From Macrostomum lignano (Eukaryota): a stretch of 64,000 bases of DNA. The notes under the pieces are model-generated. The model made no database searches, was not told the DNA's origin, and saw only the letters and a program-made list of their open reading frames with translations. Shown here piece after piece: positions 31,688 to 64,000 of this stretch (the first letter of the stretch is position 1; each line of letters starts with the position of its first letter). Location: positions 62,001 through 126,000 of the forward strand of contig NIVC01001901.1 of NCBI GenBank assembly GCA_002269645.1, written 5' to 3'. A program made the translations under genes and the position numbers.

Positions 31688-33066
31688 ATGCATGTCAGCG
31701 ACTCGCGAAAGAAGATTCCAGCTTTACCAGAAAAGGTAAGTAAACCTTGGATAAGCTTATATGGAATTTTTGAGTACTCGTATGTTAACTTACGACTCGT
31801 ATTTTCAGGAGAGAAACAATAACTTGTAAATATTTTCTGCTAAATTTAGCATTGAATAAGCATCTATTCGGCATCTAGCCAATATCTATTCAGAAATCTA
31901 GCCAATATCTATCAGACATCTAGCCAATATCTATCAGACATCTAGCCAATATCTATCAGAAATCTAGCCAATATCTATCAGACATCTAGCCAATATCTAT
32001 CAGAAATCTAGCCAATATCTATCAGACATCTAGCCAATATCTGTCAGAAATCTAGCCAATATCTATCAGACATCTAGCCAATATCTATCAGAAATCTAGC
32101 CAATATCTATCAGACATCTAGCCAATATCTATCAGAAATCTAGCCAATATCTATCAGACATCTAGCCAATATCTATCAGAAATCTAGCCAATATCTATCA
32201 GACATCTAGCCAATATCTATCAGAAATCTAGCCAATATCTATCAGACATCTAGCCAATATCTGTCAGAAATCTAGCCAATATCTATCAGACATCTAGCCA
32301 ATATCTATCAGAAATCTAGCCAATATCTATCAGAAATCTAGCCAATATCTATCAGACATCTAGCCAATATCTATCAGACATCTAGCCAATATCTATCAGA
32401 AATCTATCCACTATCTATCAGACATCTAGCCAATATCTGTCAGAAATCTAGCCAATATCTATCAGACATCTAGCCAATATCTGTCAGAAATCTAGCCAAT
32501 ATCTATCAGACATCTAGCCAATATCTATCAGAAATCTAGCCAATATCTATCAGACATCTAGCCAATATCTATCAGAAATCTAGCCAATATCTATCAGAAA
32601 TCTAGCCAATATCTATCAGACATCTAGCCAATATCTATCAGACATCTAGCCAATATCTATCAGAAATCTAGCCAATATCTATCAGACATCTAGCCAATAT
32701 CTATCAGAAATCTAGCCAATATCTATCAGACATCTTGCCAATATCTATCAGAAATCTAGCCAATATCTATTCGGCATCTAGCCAGTATCTATGCAGCATC
32801 TAGCCAATATCTATTCGGCATCTAGCCAGTATCTATGCAGCATCTAGCCAATATCTATTCAGCATCTATCAGACATCTATACCATTAATCTCCATCGCAG
32901 GCCCGCGCCCTGATAGCCAGCCTGACCCTGTCCGAGTCGGACTATCACGCCATCGAGCTGCAGCTGGAGGCGGCCTTCCGAGCCGGCCTGAGCGCTACTG
33001 GGCCGCCGCAATGCGTTCCAATGCTCTGCTCTCATGTGACCCGGCTGCCCGGCAGGGCCGCGCCCA

Positions 33067-33097
<31 letters not shown>

Positions 33098-36000
33098 AGG
33101 CCACGGCCAGTCCCCGGGCCCAGGCGACTACCTGGCACTGGACCTGGGCGGCACCAACTATCGGGTGCTGCTAGTTCGAATGCGCCCGCCAGGCCAGCCG
33201 CCTGAGATCGTTGAGAACGTCTACTCGGTGCCCGGCGAGCTCATGCGCGGCCGCGGCGTCGACCTGTTCGACTTCTTGGCCGCCACCATTGCCGACTTTA
33301 TGGCCGAGCACGGCGCCGCCCATCTGGCCGAAAATCCGGCCGCTCCGCTTCGCCTCGGCTTCACATTCTCGTTCCCGTGCGAGCAGCGCGGCCTGGCCAG
33401 CGCCCGCCTGCTTGGCTGGACCAAGGGCTACTCGGCTGAGGGCGTCGTTGGCAACGACGTGTGTCAGCTGTTGCAGGTGCGTGGCGGGAGTAAAGAAATT
33501 TCCTTCAGTCTCTGAGGAATGCCATTCAGGCTGCAATTATTATCCTTCAGGCTATGGTTAATATCCTTCAGGCTTTGGTTAATATCCTTCAGGCTTTGGT
33601 TAATATCCTTCAGGACATGATTAATATCCTTCAGGCTATGGTTAATATCCTTCAGGCTATGGTTAATATCCTTCAGGCTATGGTTATTATCCTTCAGGCT
33701 ATGGTTAACATCCTTCAGGCTTTGATTTTTATCCTTCAGGCTGCAATTAATATCCTTCAGGCTGCTATTAATATCCTTCAGGCTGCTATTAATATCCTTA
33801 AGGCTGCAAGTAATATCCTTCAGGCTGCAATTAATATCCTTCAGGCTGAGATTTTTATCCTTCAGGCTGCAATTAATATCCTTCAGGCTGCAATTAATAT
33901 CCTTCAGGCTGCAATTAATATCCTTCAGGCTGAAATTAATATCCTTCAGGCTGCAATTATTATCCTTCAGGCTGCAATTAATATCCTTCAGGCTGCAATT
34001 AATATCCTTCAGGCTGCAATTAATATCCTTCAGGCTGCAATTAATATCCTTCAGGCTGCAATTAATATCCTTCAGGCTGCAATTAATATCCTTCAGGCTG
34101 CAATTAATATCCTTCAGGCTGCAATTAATATCCTTCATGCTGTGATTATTATCCTTCCGGCTGCAATTAATATCCTTCATGCTGTGATTATTATCCTTCC
34201 GGCTGGGATTTTTATCCTTCAGGCTGTGATTTATCCTTCAGGCTGCAATTAATATTCTTCAGGCAGCGATTACTTGTAATATCCTTCATAAAACGATTAT
34301 TGTTAGTCAGGCAGTGATAAGTATTCTTCAGGCTACGAAGAATATCATATGCGTTCTATTGGATATTCCAATCCTGCGTTAGGGATATCATCCTTCTAAA
34401 AAAGATTGCGCATGAATCCACTCCCAAGCGCCAAATGTAGCTGCACTGTACAAGACTGTAACCGGGCTAACGCATCCGCAGGAAGCCATAGACAGGCGCG
34501 GTCTGGCCGCCCGCTGCGTAGCCCTGGTCAACGACACCGTGGGCACCCTGGCAGCCTGCGCTCTGGAGGACCCTGCCTGCATGATCGGCCTCATTGTTGG
34601 CACAGGCACCAATGCCGCCTACGTGGAGCGGGTAGCCGCTGTTGATAAGTACTCAACGGAGCTGCCAGCCGGGGAGAGTCGGGTTGTCATCAACACGGAG
34701 TGGGGCAACTTCGGAGCCGACGGCTGTCTGGAACGGTTCAGAACTGATCTGGATAGGCAGCTGGACGCGGCCAGCATTAATCCGGGGCGACAGGTGAAGC
34801 CTGACAGGCCAATTCAGGGCGATTTTTGGGGAGCAAGCGGTTCAGGGGCGATTTTTGGGGGAGCAAGCAGTTCAGGGGCGATTCTTTGGGAGCAAGCGGT
34901 TCAGGGGCGATTTTTGGGGAGCAAGCGGTTCAGGGGCGATTTTTGGGGAGCAAGCGGTTCAGGGGCGATTTTTGGGGAACAAGCGGTTCAGGGGCGATTC
35001 TTGGGGAGCAAGCGGTTCAGGGGCGATTCTTGGTGGAGCAAGCGGTTCAGGGGCGATTTTTGGGGAGCAAGCGGTTCAGGGGCGATTCTCAGGAAGCAAG
35101 CGGTTCAGGGGCGATTTTTGGGGAGCAAGCGGTTCAGGGGCGATTCTCAGGAAGCAAGCGGTTCAGGGGCGATTTTTGGGGAGCAAGCGGTTCAGGGGCG
35201 ATTTTTGGGGAGCAAGCGGTTCAGGGGCGATTCTCAGGAAGCAAGCGGTTCAGGGGCGATTTTTGGGGAGCAAGCGGTTCAGGGGCGATTCTTGGGGAGC
35301 AAGCGGTTCAGGGGCGATTCTTGGGGAGCAAGCGGTTCAGGGGCGATTCTTGGGGAGCAAGCGGTTCAGGGGCGATTTTTGGGGGAGCAAGCAGTTCAGG
35401 GGCGATTCTTTGGGAGCAAGCGGTTCAGGGGCGATTTTTGGGGAGCAAGCGGTTCAGGGGCGATTTTTGGGGAGCAAGCGGTTCAGGGGCGATTTTTGGG
35501 GAACAAGCGGTTCAGGGGCGATTCTTAGGGAGCAAGCGGTTCAGGGGCGATTCTTGGTGGAGCAAGCGGTTCAGGGGCGATTTTTGGGGAGCAAGCGGTT
35601 CAGGGGCGATTCTCAGGAAGCAAGCGGTTCAGGGGCGATTTTTGGGGAGCAAGCGGTTCAGGGGCGATTTTTGGGGAGCAAGCGGTTCAGGGGCGATTCT
35701 CAGGAAGCAAGCGGTTCAGGGGCGATTTTTGGGGAGCAAGCGGTTCAGGGGCGATTCTTGGGGAGCAAGCGGTTCAGGGGCGATTCTTGGGGAGCAAGCG
35801 GTTCAGGGGCGATTCTTGGGAGCAAGCGGTTCAGGGGCGATTTTTGGGGGAGCAAGCAGTTCAGGGGCGATTCTTTGGGAGCAAGCGGTTCAGGGGCGAT
35901 TCTTGGGGAGCAAGCGGTTCAGGGGCGATTTTTGGGGAGCAAGCGGTTCAGGGGCGATTTTTGGGGAACAAGCGGTTCAGGGGCGATTCTTGGGGAGCAA

Positions 36001-37354
36001 GCGGTTCAGGGGCGATTCTTGGGGAGCAAGCGGTTCAGGGGTGATTCTTGGGGAACAAGCGGTTCAGGGGCGATTCTTGGGGAGCAAGCGGTTCAGGGGC
36101 GATTTTTGGCGAACAAGCGGTTCAGGGGCGATTTTTGGGGAGCAAGCGGTTCAGGGGCGATTCTTGGGGATCAAGCGGTTCAGGGGAGATTTTTTAGCAG
36201 CAAAGATTCTTTGGGATCAACCCGCAGACATTCGAGAAGCTGGTGTCCGGCATGTATCTGGGCGAGCTGGTTCGCTTGGCCATCCAGCAGCTGGTATCTG
36301 ACGGTGTGCTATTCGACGGCCGCATGCCCGAGGCGCTGCGCCAGCCCATGAGCTTCCACACCAAATACCTGAGCGAGGTGGAGCGGGATCCGCCCAGGCA
36401 CTACTATAGCACAGATAGCCTGCTCACTGTGGACCTCGGCCTGCAGCTGGTCCGCCCGCTGGACATGATGACTGTGCGCTGCCTGTGCGAGGCCGTGTCC
36501 ACCCGGTCTGCCTACCTGGTTGCCACCGGCATCTCCTGCCTGTTGAAGCGAATCGGCTCCCCCGATGACGTCACCGTCGGCATTGACGGCTCGCTGTTTA
36601 AATTTCATCCGCACTTTCCACAGCGGATGATCGATAAGATTAACGAGCTGCACCCGGATGCTAAGGTGAGGGGCTGGCGCTGGAGTGCAGCTTTGATTGG
36701 CAGGTGGGATTGGAGATTTGATTGGCAGGTGGGGATCGGAGATTTGATTGGCAGGTGGGGATTGGAGATTTGATTGGCAGGTGGGATTGGAGATTTGATT
36801 GGCAGGTGGGGATTGGAGATTTGATTGGCAGGTGGGGATTGGAGATTTGATTTGCAGGTGCGGATTGGAGATTTGATTGGCAGGTAGGGATTGGAGATTT
36901 GATTGGCAGGTGGGGATTGGAGATTTGATTGGCAGGTGGGGATTGGAGATTTGATTGGCAGGTGGGGATTGGAGATTTGATTGGCAGGTGGGGATTGGAG
37001 ATTTGATTGGCAGGTGGGGATTGGAGATTTGATTGGCAGGTAGGGATTGGAGATTTGATTGGCAGGTGGGGATTGGAGATTTGATTGGCAGGTGGGGATC
37101 GGAGATTTGATTGGCAGGTGGGGATTGGAGATTTGATTGGCAGGTGGGGATTGGAGCTTTGATTAGATCTGAACCAGTCAGTTAGAATAAGGTAGTCATA
37201 TATCAATTAATCAATGCAGGATTTCGGTTTGGTTCGGCAGCTTTTAGCAGCCTACTATGAGTAGTATATAATTATTTTTTCTTTGCAGTTCCTGCTGCGC
37301 CTATCGGAGGACGGCAGCGGCAAAGGTGCGGCGGCCATTGCCGCCATGGCCTGA
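31688..37354 (+). CDS. HK: Single-domain (~50 kDa) hexokinase, about 479 aa. Exons 31688-31735, 32901-33476, 34482-34793, 36228-36665, 37289-37354
   Basis: LALDLGGTNYRV, LGFTFSFPC, WTKG, VNDTVGTL, IVGTGTNAAY, INTEWGNFG, FEKLVSGMYLGELVR, VGIDGSLFKFHP and SEDGSGKGAA. All introns are phase 0 GT-AG. Exon 1 (MHVSDSRKKIPALPEK|GTAAGT) is less certain. Confidence 0.95.
31862..32875. repeat. 22-bp minisatellite ([A/C]ATCTAGCCAATATCTATCAGA), HK intron 1
   Basis: Units mostly alternate A/C, giving a 44-bp dimer. Confidence 0.95.
33525..34265. repeat. 21-bp minisatellite (AATTAATATCCTTCAGGCTGC), HK intron 2
   Basis: Read directly. Confidence 0.95.
34817..36200. repeat. 29-30-bp minisatellite (GAGCAAGCGGTTCAGGGGCGATTTTTGGG), HK intron 3
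   Basis: Read directly. Confidence 0.95.
36694..37165. repeat. 26-bp minisatellite (GATTGGCAGGTGGGGATTGGAGATTT), HK intron 4
   Basis: Read directly. Confidence 0.95.
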
Positions 37355-38029
37355 ACTGTCCTGATGGCGCCTTGCCTGCTGTGTTTCTATGGCAACGGGT
37401 CAACACCTTGTGCGTTGGCTGACAATGCAAACCTCCCCCTTGACGCACCTTCGCATCTCGCAGCTCCAGCAAATTCTTCGCTCTCATAGAACTCTCAGAA
37501 GTTTTTCTAGCTAGGATTTAATCACTAATTTATTAATCGCCTTTTACTACTGAATTAGCCTCATCTGCAGGTCCCGTGGTGTTACTCAGCTCACGTTTAT
37601 TTGTTGTGATCAAAAAAGTTATCTTGTAGCCATAGAAACGGTTATAATTCGTTTTTGTTTTTATTCAATTCTTGCACTTTCTCATGACTGAAAATGAGAG
37701 GGCAGAACTTTGTGTTCAGAACGAGTTTGTGTAGCATTTTTCGTAGTGTAGCATTACTGAATTATGTTAATTAGCATGGGGTCGTTGTGTTAATTGCTCA
37801 GCTCCTTGATATTTGGTAGAACTTGTTTTGTGTCCTTTTTTACCTTAACCAAGCCTCAGTGTCTTCTGTTGCGGCTATCTGGGATATTCAATTTGCGTCT
37901 CGTGCACTTTTTTACTCTTAGTAGTGTGTTGCGTGTAGTAGAGAGCTTTGCGAGATGCGTAAACTCAACGCTCGTATTATGATTGCTATTCATTAATGTT
38001 ATTGGTGTATGACAGAGGGTCATCAGGCT

Positions 38030-38455
38030 CTCTGATTGGCTAGCAGCCTAATATACACTCTGTGGCTAGCTAGGATTTTCCAGAAGCTTTCTGATTGGCT
38101 AGCAGCTTAATATACACTCTGTGGCTAGCTAGGATTTTCCAGAAGCTTTCTGATTGGCTAGCAGCTTAATATACACTCTGTGGCTAGCTATGGTTTTCCA
38201 GAAGCTTTCTGATTGGCTAGCAGCTTAATATACACTCTGTGGCTAGCTATGGTTTTCCAGAAGCTTTCTGATTGGCTAGCAGCTTAATATACACTCTGTG
38301 GCTAGCTATGGTTTTCCAGAAGCTTTCTGATTGGCTAGCAGCTTAATATACACTCTGTGGCTAGCTATGGTTTTCCAGAAGCTTTCTGATTGGCTAGCAG
38401 CTTAATATACACTCTGTGGCTAGCTATGGTTTTCCAGAAGCTTTCTGATTGGTTG
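38030..38455. repeat. 59-bp minisatellite, about 7 copies, between the convergent HK and PDE1 3' ends
   Basis: Unit CTGATTGGCTAGCAGCTTAATATACACTCTGTGGCTAGCTATGGTTTTCCAGAAGCTTT. Confidence 0.95.
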
Positions 38456-39939
38456 GCGGCTATATGTAAACTGTAGCTAGAATGCAATTGTCCAGCAGCT
38501 CTCTAATTGGCTAGCGGCAAAATTTACTATTTATACTTCAATCCAGTTCAAAATGCAGTCAAAGCGAACTGTTTTTGTTTTCTCACGCATTGTTAATTTT
38601 TGTCTTCTGAGTATCACTGTTACAAAATCTCTGCTTTGACATTAAAGTTTTCATTCTTGCCTACAATTTTAGCCGTTTATTTTTAGCAGCTGCTAATATT
38701 TTACTAATGAGTATCGGCTTAAAATGCACCGCATAGATTTTTTTATGTAGCTACAAAGGGCGTCACAAAATTTCCAAGGTATCTTCGCCCTATCTTCTTC
38801 GGCTTCTACGAGTAGCCAATGAAAGAAGCCCAGATCGAATACAAAAACTCAGAACAGACGCTACCCTATCAGTAGTATCAAGAACTAAGTTCATTCTTTA
38901 GTGTTATAATTGTCTCCTAAGAACCTTTTTGACTTTCTAGTTCATTTTGGGCAAAATTTAAACTACTGTAAGTAGACGCAATTCCGTTTTTACCAAGAAT
39001 TTAGCACCAATTTAAATTAGAAAAATTCTAGGAAATCTTTAGCTTTAGAGTCTGAAAATAGACTGGGCGCCTTTCGTAGTTAGAAATCATGTTTGTTGTG
39101 ACCTACAATGCACAGTATTGAGTAGTTTGTTATTAGATTGAATCTTTTTTGTTTTTTTTTTGTTTTCCAAACCACTCGGATCATAAAAATACAAAAACGT
39201 GGAGAGTCCACAAATTAGATTCAAATCTGGTAGAATTTGCCCAGCTTAGAAATGAAGAATACTTAAAACGAGTTTCTCAAATTCTTTTATAAATAATTGT
39301 TTAAGACTTATTGCACAGGTTAGGGGCATGATTTTCTTTATTGTTTCGTATTGAAAAGAAAATCTTTGTTGCTACGGCGAAAAATATAGTCGCATTATTA
39401 ATCAGTTCAGTAGGGGGTATGACTCGTGGTGTGTACTTTTATGCAAAGGTACAATCGCATGCGCTCGGGGAGACAGGCAAACCACTATTACATGTACATT
39501 ACCTATCATTTCTCAGTTGCAAGCTTAATTACTTAACTTTTGCGACTCACACTAATTAACTCATTAACATGAATTAAAGAAGGAAACTAACACTTGAATC
39601 TTATTTTAGACCTTTCCTATTTTAAAATATTTACAGCAAAATATTCTGGTATCTTCGGGCCTTCTTACTGTTGCTATGCTGGTTAAGGAGATTATATGAT
39701 GACTATATTAGAATTCGACAAGACAAGGAAAGACGCGCAAAGATTTCTTTTTATTAAAAATATGTCGACTCGATTGAATTGATTGATAAACTCAAAAAGA
39801 AAAAACTGGGAATCTTTGAAGGAGTTTCTGCTTGGGAAACTGAATAGGGAACTAATGGCGTGCCGCTGCTACATGGTCATTAATCCTGCTAATTAAGTAA
39901 TTAAATGTGGATCGACCGAAATCGAATGATTTCTAGAAA

Positions 39940-63069
<23,130 letters not shown>

Positions 63070-63204
63070 CTGTGGGCGGAGATGGGGCGGAGAGGCTGGG
63101 TTAGCAAGCTCTGAGAAATTTAGGTGTGAGTGTCAGGAAGGTGAGAGTCATAGAAATGTGAAAACTGGGAAAAATGAGAGCCAGATAATGCTGATAGTCA
63201 ATGA

Positions 63205-64000
63205 AGGGTGAGAGTCGGGAACGGATAAGAAAAGGGAAAGGTGAGAGTCAGGAACAGATGAGAATAGGGAAAGGTGTGAGTCAGGAACAGATGAGAATAG
63301 TTGAAGGTGAGAGTCAGGAACAGATGAGAATAGGGAAAGGTGTGAGTCAGGAACAGATGAGAATAGGGAAAGGTGAGAGTCAGGAACAGATGAGAATATG
63401 GAAAGGTGAGAGTCAGGAACAGATGAGAATCGGGAAAGGTGAGAGTCAGGAACAGATGAGAATCGGGAAAGGTGAGAGTCAGGAACAGATGAGAATCGGG
63501 AAAGGTGAGAGTCAGGAACAGATGAGAATCGAAAAAGGTGAGAGTCAGGAACAGATGAGAATCGGGAAAGGTGAGAGTCAGGAACAGATGAGAATCGGGA
63601 AAGGTGAGAGTCAGGAACAGATGAGAATAGGGAAAGGTGAGAGTCAGGAACAGATGAGAATAGGGAAAGGTGAGAGTCAGGAACAGATGAGAATCGGGAA
63701 AGGTGAGAGTCAGGAACAGATGAGAATAGTTGAAGGCGAGAGTCAGGAACAGATGATAATAGTTGAAGGCGAGAGTCAGGAACAGATGAGAATAGTTGAA
63801 GGTGAGAGTCAGGAACAGATAAGAATAGGGAAAGGTGAGAGTCAGGAACAGATGAGAATCGGGAAAGGTGAGAGTCAGGAACAGATGAGAATAGGGAAAG
63901 GTGAGAGTCAGGAACAGATGAGAATAGCTGAAGGTGAGAGTCAGGAACAGATGAGAATAGGGAAAGGTGAGAGTCAGGAACAGATGAGAATAGGGAAAGC
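63205..64000. repeat. 33-bp minisatellite (GGTGAGAGTCAGGAACAGATGAGAATAGGGAAA), truncated by the window edge
   Basis: Read directly. Confidence 0.95.

Overview
Eukaryotic (animal) genomic DNA, not prokaryotic. It has GC-rich exons with GT-AG introns, AT-rich spacers and about 30 tandem arrays. The hexokinase sequence and the repeat-filled introns suggest a free-living flatworm such as Macrostomum (inference). Genes on the + strand: an intronless divergent Sox-type HMG gene, ASZ1/GASZ (4 exons, piRNA pathway), an intronless PRA1-family gene (ARL6IP5/PRAF2-like), an intronless ~700-aa ORF I cannot assign, ETFA (4 exons) and hexokinase (5 coding exons). Genes on the - strand: a 2-exon unassigned gene nested in ASZ1 intron 2, and a 5'-incomplete PDE1 (12 exons traced). 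Mobile elements: three tRNA-derived SINE copies (one with a perfect 14-bp TSD), a hAT-type MITE, a foldback element with a telomere-like core and a probable decayed hAT transposase. Best leads: the two unassigned genes inside or next to ASZ1, a possible trans-spliced gene cluster, a SINE family with a shared core and strong CpG decay, CpG-free domains, and intron-specific minisatellites that reach the splice sites. Exon models were built by hand from splice sites and phase. Repeat boundaries are approximate. No database search was run.
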